Virus record (IMG/VR): IMGVR_UViG_3300037261_000033
Span: 28,203-92,202 of that record
Strand: one strand, 5' to 3'
DNA length: 64,000 nt
From: a virus
Each line of letters opens with the position of its first letter. Position 1 is the stretch's first letter. The translations under genes and the position numbers were made by a program. Of the stretch, positions 1-9,570 are shown piece after piece. A model generated the notes under the pieces. That model ran no database searches, had not been told where the DNA came from, and was given only the letters and a program-made list of their open reading frames with translations.

Positions 1-981
1 GTTAGCGCCGGAAGGTGCTACCCGCTCAAAAAGTGATGATTCTTCTATGCGTTCGGTTAGCGCCGCCGCTACGTTTTTTTGCGCCTGCTTATAGTACGAC
101 GATTTTAATTCCGCCCCGACTCCTTTTCTGCCAAGTGTCACGGCCCCGTAAACTTCCGAGCCAACTCCCATGAACGGGGTAAACACTACTTCGCCGACGT
201 TACTCCAAAGGATGATGCAACGCTCGATCACGTCAAGTTGAAGCGGGTGAACGTGCCGCTCATCATCTGGGTCTTTTGATTCTCGATATGGAAGCACGCG
301 ATCAATTCGCACGTCATCCCAAAACGCGCTAGCGTATTGTCTCCAAACCCAATGATTATAGCGGTTCCCGGTTTGTTTCCCCGTCCAGTCCCGATAACTC
401 AATAACTCATGCGGGACTTGACGCTCGCCTGCGTAATTCGTTAAGCCAGAGGGGTGCGCTACTGGCACTTTGTTCTCTCCCTTCTTTCGGAACATTAAAA
501 GGTAGTCCGCGCTCGCGGTATCACAGAGCGTTGAATCCTCCGTTAGTTGCCGATGCGCTAATCCTTTCGCCATTGTTCGGTTGCGAACGCCCAGCGGTTC
601 CTTCCAGACATGATACCTAGCGCAATATTGAAATCCGAGTTTCTCGTGTAGCCTGATTATATCACCCGGAAAATCAGTCAGTCCGCCGCCCGCGTTTGCA
701 CCGGCTTTCGGGATGTCCATGCAGTGAACCGCCGTTATCCTGCCCGGCTTCGTAAGCCGATAAATCTCGCGTGCGACAAACTCGTAATGCTCGAAAAATT
801 CCTCGTAACTCCGGCAGTTCGAAAGGTCGCGCTCGGATGAACTATAGTTGAACAGCCCGCAAAACGGCGGGGAGTAAACTGAGAGGTCAATCGCGCCGTC
901 CGGCATATCCCGCATCACTTCGATGCAGTCCCCTTGATAAAGCGCGTAGTTATCCGTGATGTCTTGATTCGCTATTGCCAT
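1..981 (-). CDS. N4-cytosine/N6-adenine DNA methyltransferase (3' end runs off window)
   Basis: Not in the ORF track; translated by hand from ATG at 981: MAIANQDITDNYALYQGDCIEVM...SVYSPPF (catalytic motif IV)...HVHPLQLDVIERC...VFTPFMGVGSE (SAM-binding FxGxG). AGGAG lies just upstream of the ATG. Confidence 0.9.
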   Translation of the reverse strand, partial: MAIANQDITDNYALYQGDCIEVMRDMPDGAIDLSVYSPPFCGLFNYSSSERDLSNCRSYEEFFEHYEFVAREIYRLTKPGRITAVHCMDIPKAGANAGGGLTDFPGDIIRLHEKLGFQYCARYHVWKEPLGVRNRTMAKGLAHRQLTEDSTLCDTASADYLLMFRKKGENKVPVAHPSGLTNYAGERQVPHELLSYRDWTGKQTGNRYNHWVWRQYASAFWDDVRIDRVLPYRESKDPDDERHVHPLQLDVIERCIILWSNVGEVVFTPFMGVGSEVYGAVTLGRKGVGAELKSSYYKQAQKNVAAALTERIEESSLFERVAPSGAN

Positions 982-988
982 ATTTCTC

Positions 989-2419
989 CTAAAGCCACGC
1001 AGGCTTTTTTTGTTTAACCGTGAACTGGTTCTCTTGCCTGATGTTCAATTCATCATTCATTAACTCGACAAGTCGCGCGAACATTACGTCCGCTGCTTTC
1101 GTTTTACGTTGCAGATTGGCTAGCACATTCGCTTCGCCCTCGGATGTTACCACGTCGATTGTCACCTTATGCTTTTGTCCGAACCGCCATGACCGGCGCG
1201 TGCCTTGGTAGAACTGTTCAAAGCTATGAGACGGAAAGAATGTTTGATGCGCGCAGTGCTGCCAGTTTAACCCGAGGCCAGCGATTGACGCTTTAGAAAT
1301 CATTACGCGAATTTTCCCGGCTGAAAAAGCTGCGAACGATTCCTCTTTCTTTTCATCTGAGTCATCCCCCGAAACTTGAACCGCGTCAGGTATCAGCTTT
1401 TCAAGAAGATCGCCCTCGTCATTTAGATTACACCACGCTACGGCGGCTCGTTTCTTTTTCGCGTTAATCAGTTCCGCTACTTTCTCGCATCGCTCTTCGA
1501 TGGTGCGCCTACGTTCTTTGCGTTGCTCGTCGAGTCCGTGCGCTGGCATGTCGAAAAGAAATCCATCCGGTAATGTCCGCGCCTTTATGACGTGCTGCTG
1601 AATAATTAACTCCGGCAAAATAAAGTCGCCGTCATCGAATCCTAAATCTGATGGCTTACGGATCGCCCGCGCCCATGAACATACCCAGCGCCAGTAATCT
1701 CGTTCGGCGTGCCCTCGAAAACGAAACTTCCCGCCTAACTCATTTTTGCCAAATCGTCCATGCGCTCCCCCGGCCCGGTTACTTCCACCGCCGCCCTGCG
1801 CGTAACTTCCATCATCTGACTTAAAGAACATCTTCACCATGTCCATGTAGCCCATCTCTCCGAGCGCTTCGCTCGCCGTCCCAAGTTCAATGTAATCGTT
1901 CGGAGCAGCGGTCGCGGTGCAGAGATTCCGATATGGTAACTTGCGCATGAAATCCGTAATCGCCTGTTTAGTCGCGCCCTTAAAGTTTTTCAGGATCGAG
2001 GATTCATCACAGACCGCACCAATAAAGTCCGTCGAATTGAAATGATGCAGTTGCTCATAATTCGTGATTACGATTTTCGCTCCGCTCGGAAACGCCCCGT
2101 CTCGTGATTGCACGCACTCGATTCCAAACTTCTCTCCCTCGCGCACCGTCTGACTTCCAACTGCGAGCGGTGTCATTATCAAAACCGACTTGTTCGTTTT
2201 CTGAACGACGTTTTGCGCCCACGCGAGTTGCATCGGTGTCTTACCTAAACCGCAATCAGCGAAAAGCGCGCCGCGCCCCTTCTTACAGGCCCATTCAACA
2301 AGCGCCTTTTGAAAATCAAAAAGGAAGTCGGGTATCCAAATGGCTTGAAATCCTGAGTCGCCGCCTATCTGCGTCTTGCGATCAAGAAAGCTGTCGTATC
2401 CGTCCTTGCTTCGTTTCAT
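989..2419 (-). CDS. SNF2-like helicase (methylase-associated type)
   Basis: DCGLGKT Walker A, DESS motif II, TATA motif III, GLGLNWQ and QGTRRSWRFGQ motif VI. Start moved to ATG 2419 because a promoter occupies 2432-2460. Confidence 0.85.
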   Translation of the reverse strand: MKRSKDGYDSFLDRKTQIGGDSGFQAIWIPDFLFDFQKALVEWACKKGRGALFADCGLGKTPMQLAWAQNVVQKTNKSVLIMTPLAVGSQTVREGEKFGIECVQSRDGAFPSGAKIVITNYEQLHHFNSTDFIGAVCDESSILKNFKGATKQAITDFMRKLPYRNLCTATAAPNDYIELGTASEALGEMGYMDMVKMFFKSDDGSYAQGGGGSNRAGGAHGRFGKNELGGKFRFRGHAERDYWRWVCSWARAIRKPSDLGFDDGDFILPELIIQQHVIKARTLPDGFLFDMPAHGLDEQRKERRRTIEERCEKVAELINAKKKRAAVAWCNLNDEGDLLEKLIPDAVQVSGDDSDEKKEESFAAFSAGKIRVMISKASIAGLGLNWQHCAHQTFFPSHSFEQFYQGTRRSWRFGQKHKVTIDVVTSEGEANVLANLQRKTKAADVMFARLVELMNDELNIRQENQFTVKQKKPAWL

Positions 2420-2431
2420 GCTCGTGCCGCA

Positions 2432-2460
2432 ACTCTCCGGTGTCACTCTAACCAAGTAAA
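2432..2460 (-). promoter_or_regulatory. Promoter TTTACT-17-GAGAGT
   Basis: Member of a recurrent promoter family with a 17-bp spacer; lies just upstream of the SNF2 ATG. Confidence 0.6.
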
Positions 2461-2488
2461 GCCTTTTCAGGCAGCGCGGCCCCGCCGA

Positions 2489-2926
2489 TTACCGACGCGA
2501 GCCGCGTCCCTGTGACACGAAATTATTATTCCCTCCAACGTTCAGCATAAGTCGCGTCGCTGGTTCTGCTTTTTTCTCGATCATACCCGCGACGGTCGGA
2601 TGCATCGCTTCCCTCATCTTATCGAGGAGCGTATCCGTAACGTCTTGCTCGATGCCCGTAAGCACTACGTCACGAAGTTGTAAATGGATTGAGGCTATTA
2701 CGTCACGTAAGGCATCATCGTTGTCGAACTGATCGCGCCATATTCGGCGCTGCTTTGGCGTCGCCGGTTTGCCGTGGATGTCGAGCTTGAGCATCTGGCG
2801 AACTTTTGGCGTAGCCGCGATGTAATACGGTACGCCGAACTCCGTCACTAAAATGAAGAACGGCGCGCGCGCCCTCAAGTGCTTCGAGAGGGTAACGTGC
2901 CTCGGGATTTTCTTGACGATTTGCAT
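2489..2926 (-). CDS. Hypothetical protein
   Basis: MQIVKKIP start overlaps the stop of the AAA gene (TAATG). Confidence 0.65.
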   Translation of the reverse strand: MQIVKKIPRHVTLSKHLRARAPFFILVTEFGVPYYIAATPKVRQMLKLDIHGKPATPKQRRIWRDQFDNDDALRDVIASIHLQLRDVVLTGIEQDVTDTLLDKMREAMHPTVAGMIEKKAEPATRLMLNVGGNNNFVSQGRGSRR

Positions 2927-4563
2927 TAGTCCGGCGCTTTGGCTAAATCGATGAACTTCGTCACGTAAAGTAGGTCGTCCACATCGACCGCTTTCTTCGT
3001 CTTGTTCGCCATAATCGACGCCAGCTTTAGGATGTTCTTCACGTTGCGGCCGGAAAGTGTAGGCAGTTCTTTCACGAGCCGGGCTAGCTGCTTGGCGTCG
3101 AGTTTCACCTTGTAGTTTGTGGAAAGCACTTGCCAAAGCTTTTTCAGTTCTTCCGGTGTCGGTAGCGTGTAGCGCACATGCGCGATGGCGCGCGATATAA
3201 CCGCGTCGTCAATCGTGGTCGCCCGGTTGCTCGTTAGGAATAGGATGCCACGGTAGCGTTCGAGTAAGCGCAGGAACACGCCGACGATAGCGTTCTGTTG
3301 AATGTCGTTTCCACGTTCGCGCACGTAAACATCTGCTTCATCAATCAGTAGGATCGCCCCCCATCGACTCGCACGGCTCAGCGTTAACATGAGTTTCTTT
3401 TCCAGTTCCTCTTCGTCCGTCCCAAGCTGCGAGCATTGCACTGAATAGAGCGGTCGCTCGATCTGTTCGCTGTAGCATTCCGCCGTGAGTGTCTTTCCGG
3501 TTCCCGGTTCGCCGGTTGCGATAACGACCGTGCCGCCCGTTTTCCCGGCGATGATGTCTTCCATTATTTCCGCGCTCGATTCCATTAACACGTTGACGAG
3601 TTGCTTCGTTTTCTCCGGCAGGACTAGCTTCGTGGCTATCTCGTGATCGTATTTATAAGGTTCAATCTGGTTTACGTGGATGCCGACGTATTGATGCAGT
3701 CCCAAGTCGAACGCTTGCACGTAAGGGTGAACCGGAATTGGAAGCACATCTTCCTCTTCGCTATCCTCTACGTTACGCGCGCTGCCCTTACTCCAAAATT
3801 GTGCGGACGCGGCCCGGCGTAATTCTTTCTCGCTTTTTTCGGTATCATCCCCTTTCCGGTCGATGACTAAGCGCGCTTTGACTCCGTCGCGTTCCATCGC
3901 GATCATCCCGTAGTTATAGCGGCCCCCTCGATTAAACGCTTCCCCGGTTCCACTGTATTGCTTGCCGAGTTGATCTACGATGCCATTGAAGCGCGCCACT
4001 TCTTTGATGTAAGCCGCGTATGCATCCGCCGTCTCACGGTGAATGCCCGCCTCTCTCAGAATTTGTGGCACCGTCTTGCGCCCGCAAAGGTCTGCCGTGT
4101 ACCAAGTCTTGTGATGATTGTCCTCTTCGTCTAATGAGCTAGCTAATCCCTTCAGGGTAACGCTCGCCGGGTCGTCTCGGTGCGGCGGTTTATAGCTTAT
4201 ATCGCTCACGTAGTACGGGCACATCTGGCCGTCCTGCTGTTCGATGAAAATGAATTTGTGCGGCGCGGGTCGCAGGTATTCGATCATCGCTGTCGCGAGC
4301 CTGTCGAGTCTTCCAACCGGCGCGCCGCCCGGATCGGCGAGCAACGTCCGATACGAATCAATCCGCTTCACTATCATCTTGGCCGCAGGATCGTCGGGAA
4401 ACTTCTTAGCGTAATTATAGATGTAGCCGATGTGCTCTTCGTCCAAGTCGTCGGTGTCCACGACGCCTTCATTGTCGTCCCTGCGATAAATCCATTCCCT
4501 TAGAACGTGGTCGGGAAGTTTGCCCGCTTTTTTGAAGAATGAAACGGTGTGCCTTAGTTGCAT
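2926..4563 (-). CDS. AAA+ ATPase with N-terminal extension
   Basis: GEPGTGKT Walker A, LLIDEAD Walker B, FLTSNR sensor 1, DDAVISR arginine finger. Confidence 0.9.
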   Translation of the reverse strand: MQLRHTVSFFKKAGKLPDHVLREWIYRRDDNEGVVDTDDLDEEHIGYIYNYAKKFPDDPAAKMIVKRIDSYRTLLADPGGAPVGRLDRLATAMIEYLRPAPHKFIFIEQQDGQMCPYYVSDISYKPPHRDDPASVTLKGLASSLDEEDNHHKTWYTADLCGRKTVPQILREAGIHRETADAYAAYIKEVARFNGIVDQLGKQYSGTGEAFNRGGRYNYGMIAMERDGVKARLVIDRKGDDTEKSEKELRRAASAQFWSKGSARNVEDSEEEDVLPIPVHPYVQAFDLGLHQYVGIHVNQIEPYKYDHEIATKLVLPEKTKQLVNVLMESSAEIMEDIIAGKTGGTVVIATGEPGTGKTLTAECYSEQIERPLYSVQCSQLGTDEEELEKKLMLTLSRASRWGAILLIDEADVYVRERGNDIQQNAIVGVFLRLLERYRGILFLTSNRATTIDDAVISRAIAHVRYTLPTPEELKKLWQVLSTNYKVKLDAKQLARLVKELPTLSGRNVKNILKLASIMANKTKKAVDVDDLLYVTKFIDLAKAPD

Positions 4564-4791
4564 TTTATGCGCGCCTCTCTACTCTGCCGCCAAGCGCATA
4601 CCAAGAGTTGTTATAGCACTCGCGATGACTCACGGTTCTACCGCGTCGCACCACGTCCGTATCATATCCGCTCACTTCTTTTCCGCAGACGTGACAAGTC
4701 TCTGCGGTTGGCGCGTTCCGCTCCGTCAGGCGCGCTATCGCCGCCGTCACTCCGATTGGCTCCGCTGCGTCTAGCTTAGCTTGGTCGGTTC

Positions 4792-5019
4792 TCATGGCTT
4801 TACGATTTCGTCCTCCATGAACTTTCCGATGACGGTTAGACCGCGCTTGCCGAACTTCTTGCCTTCTTGGAGCGCGGTGATTTGCGCGTCAACGTCCGCT
4901 TCGGTAAGACCGCTGTAACCAAACGCGCGTAAGTTTTTGGTTTTCGCCGTGACGTATACGCGACGCGGAACTTCACCCGCCTTGCCGTTGATGATTACTT
5001 TTAGCATTTCTGTTTTCAT
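4792..5019 (-). CDS. Hypothetical protein
   Basis: MKTEMLK start lies downstream of promoter 5045-5073; ATGA overlap with the next ORF. Confidence 0.55.
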   Translation of the reverse strand: MKTEMLKVIINGKAGEVPRRVYVTAKTKNLRAFGYSGLTEADVDAQITALQEGKKFGKRGLTVIGKFMEDEIVKP

Positions 5020-5044
5020 ATTCGTGTCTCGTTTCGTGGTTCCA

Positions 5045-5073
5045 ATTAAGCGCCCTTCGCGGCGCAATGTAAA
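5045..5073 (-). promoter_or_regulatory. Promoter TTTACA-17-CTTAAT
   Basis: Same -35 and spacer length as other family members. Confidence 0.5.
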
Positions 5074-5375
5074 GCGTTTAGTTTCCGCGCGTTCATTTCG
5101 GCTACCTTCGCCGCCCATGCCGCATCAGTTGGGGCTGAGATGACTCCCATCGCGGCAAACACCTTTAACTGTAAATCCCTCGCGCCACGGCATAGCTTCG
5201 GCTTCTTACCGGTGCGCCGGTTGATCGCGTTGTTCGAGCCGGTGGAATGGCAGATGCGCGAGCGGTCGTTCATCGCGCTGCGGGAAAGATCATCCTGTAA
5301 GTACGCGTATGGACTTCCGTAGCGAAAGGGACACGTGGCGCACATACTGGCGCGTACTGGCATCGGGCGCATCAT
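5046..5375 (-). CDS. Small Cys/His metal-binding protein (DUF6283-like)
   Basis: CATCPFR...ICHS...LCRGA pattern. Confidence 0.5.
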   Translation of the reverse strand: MMRPMPVRASMCATCPFRYGSPYAYLQDDLSRSAMNDRSRICHSTGSNNAINRRTGKKPKLCRGARDLQLKVFAAMGVISAPTDAAWAAKVAEMNARKLNALHCAAKGA

Positions 5376-5619
5376 GATAATAACCGGCTAAGGTTTTTGA
5401 ATGAAGGATGGTTGCTCAGGAAAAGGTTGCTCCATTTCTCCGACATCGTCTCCGCGTGCGCCATCGCTTCCTCACGCGTCTTGAATCCCGCTGTCGCTTT
5501 CGGTGGCCGGATTCCCTTAGTGAGTTGCACCGTCCAGCATCCGGTATCATGGAATCCGAATCGCTTCGCGTTCGTTGATGTCGGGTAACTCCACTCGACT
5601 GACTTGAATCGCTCTTCGC

Positions 5620-5850
5620 TCATTGTGTCGCCTCATCTAAGAGTCCGGTCACTTCCTCAACGGCTTCCGCCGCGCTCTGTAGGGCATCTGCCGCTTCGCT
5701 TGCACGGTCGCCCTTCTCTCCGGCCTGAATCGCTTCCGGCATGTTGTCGTAGTAGTCCTGCTCTTCGCCTTGAAGGCTCTCGATGTCACTCTTCGCTTCC
5801 TCAAGCTTGGTCTTGATCGCTTCGATCTGTTTACGGCGTTGCGCGTTCAT
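5620..5850 (-). CDS. Conserved helical phage protein
   Basis: MNAQRRKQI...EEQDYYDNMPEAIQAGEKG, a pattern common in phage hypothetical proteins. Confidence 0.65.
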   Translation of the reverse strand: MNAQRRKQIEAIKTKLEEAKSDIESLQGEEQDYYDNMPEAIQAGEKGDRASEAADALQSAAEAVEEVTGLLDEATQ

Positions 5851-5855
5851 GTGGG

Positions 5856-6335
5856 TTATTCCTCCGATCCTTTGCCGCAATGCGGGCAAATGAAATCCAT
5901 TTCAGGATTGTGCGGTGTCGTAACGATGAACTTCCAACCGCAGCCGTCGCACCTATTTTCTTTCGACGCTGCCATCTTCTCAATGGCCCGGTCGATTCCC
6001 GTCGCCTTATCTACCGCGTCGCTGTCACAGAACTTCTCGATGAAGTCGGATAGAATTTGCTCCGCGTGCGCCGGTGTCGCCCACTCTATCTTTCCGAGTG
6101 CTGCGCTAATTGCTTGGCGCTCACTAAACAACTTCGACGCTGCGCTGATTAACCGTCCATTGGCTTCCGCGTCCGGGCCGAATAGTTTCGCTACGCTATT
6201 CGATTGATTAGCTGTCGCTAGTCCGTCTTCATCGCGAGCGACAACGTGTTCCCCTTCCAAAACCCAATCTCCCGGCGAGTGCGTCGCTTTCACGTGCCGT
6301 TGGGATATCGACTCTTGCTTGCTCGTCGTGCTCAT
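5856..6335 (-). CDS. Mosaic hypothetical protein with C-terminal Zn ribbon
   Basis: HSPGDW...EANGRLISAA phage motif; CDGC...CPHC. Confidence 0.6.
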   Translation of the reverse strand: MSTTSKQESISQRHVKATHSPGDWVLEGEHVVARDEDGLATANQSNSVAKLFGPDAEANGRLISAASKLFSERQAISAALGKIEWATPAHAEQILSDFIEKFCDSDAVDKATGIDRAIEKMAASKENRCDGCGWKFIVTTPHNPEMDFICPHCGKGSEE

Positions 6336-6336
6336 C

Positions 6337-7803
6337 TTAGATGTCCCCCTTTCGCGCCGCCGCGATCATCCGCGCGCCGATCTTGGTCAGCGCCTTGTAG
6401 TATTCCTCGCTCAGATGGTCTCCGCTGTACTCATGCCCTAACTCGTGGATGAGCAAGTCGTCGATCCGTTCGCGGTTCGCTTCAAGGTTGAACCACGCTG
6501 AGCCTAGCCGCGACTTGTTGAAGCTTAGGCTGCGGCTCCCGTAGCACGCCGCCGCCAGCATCGCCAGCGTAGCGTAAAACTCCACCGTGATGTGCGCGCC
6601 GATTGCTAACCTCGCAAATCGCTCTGCGTAAATCGCGGTCTGCCGCATGTCGTCCGTCCACTTTTCGAACGGTATCGGTGTGGCCGCAGCCGCGTCCGGG
6701 TTGTCCTCACCGTTCCACGCCTTCGCGCTTGGCGTTACTTGTCCAGCCGGTTTGATGGCTTCGAACGTCCGCACATTGCTCCACGCGTCCGCGCTCAACA
6801 TCCCGCCGTGAACTACTGTGTAACCTTCGGACACCGCGCGCTTGTTCGCTTCTAAGTCGCTCGGGTCGTAACTAACGCGGCGCTCGCCGAACCGCTTCGT
6901 CATGTAATCCGCGACGGCCAGCGGTTGCGCGTCCGCTGATTCGATTGCGGTCTGCGCCCATTCCGCCGTTGCCTGCTCCGGCGTCACAAGTTCGTGCGCC
7001 GCGTTGAATACCGCCGTCCGTAGCGCCCGCAGGAATCGCGGCGTCACGTTCTCGCGGTCAAGCGTGATTGGAACCTTCTGTTGAACGTCGCAGTGGAACG
7101 CGCAGTCGTGTTCGACTACCGGAATGCCCATCTCATAGATTAACGCTACTTCACCCGGCTCTGGTTTGTAAAGCCGCACCGCTGTATTGCGCCGCGCTTT
7201 TCTTAACGCGCCTTCACTGTCCGCAATCTCCGTTGGCAGCGATGCGAAAACCTCGCGGATAACTTCGCGCGGCAGGAGCGTTGTGCCGTTGTAAACCGTC
7301 TCGATTCCCGCTGGCGAAATCAGTTTATAGATTTCCTCGTTCACTTCCGCGATTTCCTCGCGGTTCATCTTCAACCGCATGAAGCAATCCGTGCCGCGCA
7401 CCGTAGCCGCCACGCGCGAAACTCTCCGGCCCGTGCCGTTGAACTTCACGCTCCCGGTCATGCTGTAGATCGCCGCGCTCTCGCACAACGCCAGCACCAG
7501 CTTTTCGCCAAGGTTGAATCGTCCGCGCTTCTCTGCGTCACTCTTTTTTGCGCTCTCCGCGAATAGTGTAAATGCGTGCGACAAATCCTTGAATCCTTCG
7601 GGCGCATCGTCGCTGATTTTCAACACCGCGTGCCCGCGCTTTTCTTCGTCCGGCGCGAGCGTCACCTCAACGCGCGTCACCCCGTCTTCGTCCCAAGCGT
7701 TTTGAATCAACTCGAAAACCGCGAACTCGATACCGCGTCTGCGGAGAATTTTCCCAAGCCCCGCGCGATCTACTGCGAACCATTCCTTATTAGCGCTCAT
7801 CAA
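6337..7803 (-). CDS. GHKL (Bergerat-fold) ATPase fused to a C-terminal zincin-like HExxH domain
   Basis: N-box ELIQNAWD, G1 SDDAPEGF, G2 RGRFNLGEK; C-terminal LLIHELGH...DHLS. Confidence 0.75.
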   Translation of the reverse strand: MMSANKEWFAVDRAGLGKILRRRGIEFAVFELIQNAWDEDGVTRVEVTLAPDEEKRGHAVLKISDDAPEGFKDLSHAFTLFAESAKKSDAEKRGRFNLGEKLVLALCESAAIYSMTGSVKFNGTGRRVSRVAATVRGTDCFMRLKMNREEIAEVNEEIYKLISPAGIETVYNGTTLLPREVIREVFASLPTEIADSEGALRKARRNTAVRLYKPEPGEVALIYEMGIPVVEHDCAFHCDVQQKVPITLDRENVTPRFLRALRTAVFNAAHELVTPEQATAEWAQTAIESADAQPLAVADYMTKRFGERRVSYDPSDLEANKRAVSEGYTVVHGGMLSADAWSNVRTFEAIKPAGQVTPSAKAWNGEDNPDAAAATPIPFEKWTDDMRQTAIYAERFARLAIGAHITVEFYATLAMLAAACYGSRSLSFNKSRLGSAWFNLEANRERIDDLLIHELGHEYSGDHLSEEYYKALTKIGARMIAAARKGDI

Positions 7804-7991
7804 TTTCTCTCCTTGATGTTGAGTTTCGCTAAAACGGTTCCCATCGTCGCGCCGCCTGCAATTAGTTTTGTAACGGTCTTCATTTGTCGGCGGAACTTCA
7901 TCAAGTCCGCATAGCGCTTGTCGAATTTGCGCTGCTCTCTTTCTTCCATGCCGGAATAGGCGTCCAACATCTCATTTGCATTTCGTGTCAT
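7800..7991 (-). CDS. Small hypothetical protein, probably leaderless
   Basis: ATG lies 5 nt after the -10 box of promoter 7997-8025. Confidence 0.55.
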   Translation of the reverse strand: MTRNANEMLDAYSGMEEREQRKFDKRYADLMKFRRQMKTVTKLIAGGATMGTVLAKLNIKERN

Positions 7992-8091
7992 GCCCCAATG
8001 TCCGCTTTACCTTGCGCCGTGTAAAGCTCTTTTTAGAAGATTCTTGGAGATAATTTACGCGCGAGTTTGCCTAGGCAAAACGCGACGTAAA
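7985..8091 (-). promoter_or_regulatory. Promoter (TTTACA-17-GACATT) plus palindromic operator TTTGCCTAGGCAAA, copy 1
   Basis: Near-duplicate of 35511-35616; perfect 14-bp palindrome at 8066-8079 inside a larger imperfect inverted repeat. Confidence 0.75.
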
Positions 8092-8095
8092 CCGA

Positions 8096-8317
8096 TCAGG
8101 CGATGAATTTCGCCACCGAAAGCGCGTTCCCCGGCTGCTTGAGGAGCGCGACTTGAGTGATTGCGCCGCTCTGCCATCGCTTCGCATTTTTCTCGCCGAA
8201 GAGCGCCGCCTGCTCATCCGGCGTCTGTGCATTCATCCATGCCGTGAACGTTTGCGGCTCCGCGCCCTTGCCGTCCATCTCCGCGCGCACGTCGTCGGGA
8301 ATGTCAGATGCTTTCAT
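8096..8317 (-). CDS. Detached C-terminal part of head morphogenesis protein
   Basis: RAEMDG...TFTAWMNAQ..EQAALFG...RWQSGAIT...LLKQPGNALSV matches the usual tail of SPP1 gp7/Mu F-type proteins; ATGA-coupled start at 8317. Confidence 0.65.
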   Translation of the reverse strand: MKASDIPDDVRAEMDGKGAEPQTFTAWMNAQTPDEQAALFGEKNAKRWQSGAITQVALLKQPGNALSVAKFIA

Positions 8318-8928
8318 GCAGCCTTTCGTAATCGCTGACGTTCGTGCATCCCCTTCATTACGGCCTGCCTTTTTGGTGATCGCGCCATCATTATTTTGCA
8401 CCAACCTTTATGGCCGCGTGGTTTACCGCAAGCACATCCGTTTACCACGCCGGAAATTATTCGCTTAATTTTCATAACCGTGTTGCGATTTATTTTCAGC
8501 GCACGCTCAACTTCGCGGTCGGCGTGACCTTTGCGAATCATGTCTAGTGCTAATGAAACTTTTTTAGGGCGATAAAATCCGAACGGTAATTGACCACGCT
8601 TTGCAATTAACGTCGTCTCGGGCGCTGACGTATCCAGTTGTCCGGTCGCTCGCATATTCCAACGGAATGAATGCTTCGCACGATTTACTGATTCCACGAA
8701 TGCCGCGAACTCTTCTGCGTTACCGCCCGTATCAGGATGAAGTTCCCGATAACGTGTTCGCGCTTCTGAAATAAACTCAGCGTAAATCTCGCGCAGACTG
8801 AATCGGTTCGCGTGCCAAAAACTTTGCTCCTTAACTTTCCGAAACTCGATTCCTAAACTTCGGAGCAATACTGGCACGGATGTCTTGCTATCGCGGAACT
8901 TCCATCGCGACTCGATTATTTCGTTCAT
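8314..8928 (-). CDS. Protein with J-domain-like HPD motif, HTH and Cys/His tail
   Basis: YRELHPDTGGNAEEF; DREVERALKINRNTV; CACG...HKGWC. Confidence 0.55.
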   Translation of the reverse strand: MNEIIESRWKFRDSKTSVPVLLRSLGIEFRKVKEQSFWHANRFSLREIYAEFISEARTRYRELHPDTGGNAEEFAAFVESVNRAKHSFRWNMRATGQLDTSAPETTLIAKRGQLPFGFYRPKKVSLALDMIRKGHADREVERALKINRNTVMKIKRIISGVVNGCACGKPRGHKGWCKIMMARSPKRQAVMKGMHERQRLRKAA

Positions 8929-9294
8929 CCAGTTCCTTCTTCGTCATCATTATCGTTCGCGGCTTTTTCGATGGCGTAAATCTTTAAGTGCAAAACTCCA
9001 ATCGCGCCAGCGACGCTCAGGTTAAATTCCTTCTCGTATCGCGCCACGAGATTGTCCAGTTCTCCGGCGAATGCGGTAATCTGTTCCTTATCGGTCATGC
9101 TTGTTCGCGCCACTCTTCGCCGTCTTTGTCCGGCTTGAATGAGCAGCAACTTTCCGTTCCAAGAAGTATCGTCGCCGACTCGAAGATTGTTTTTTCACCT
9201 TCACTCCAAACATGGTCATGATCCGCTAGCGCGCTTCCGAGCGTATCGAGCGCGCCCTGCACGATGCCCGCGTCAATCTCGTTAAGCGTGATTG

Positions 9295-9570
9295 TCATTT
9301 TATCCCCGGAAAATCTCCGCAGTCGTAATCTAACAACTTTAGGAATACGTGCCACTCGCATCCTTTCGTATCCTCTGGCGGGACGTTACCGCGCTTGTGA
9401 TAAAACGATGCCGTCACTGTTCCGTCCGCGTGAACGTGATGCAGTCCGATGCCGGTGATTCTTCCACACTGGCATTTTATTAACGGCTTCGCGTTTGAGC
9501 CGTCTTGATTCTTGGTTGGAATCCAGCATGGCGCGGGACTATTCCATGTTCCTTTTGGAATCTCCGTCAT
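9295..9570 (-). CDS. Small Zn-binding hypothetical protein (DUF6527-like)
   Basis: IKCQCG...DGTVTASF...GCEWH. Confidence 0.5.
   Translation of the reverse strand: MTEIPKGTWNSPAPCWIPTKNQDGSNAKPLIKCQCGRITGIGLHHVHADGTVTASFYHKRGNVPPEDTKGCEWHVFLKLLDYDCGDFPGIK

Noticed and set aside
2420-2455. Longer upstream starts in the ORF track (also 3136, 8404, 38900, 44162, 48448)
   Set aside because: They overlap promoters or upstream genes; downstream ATGs with coupling or leaders fit better.
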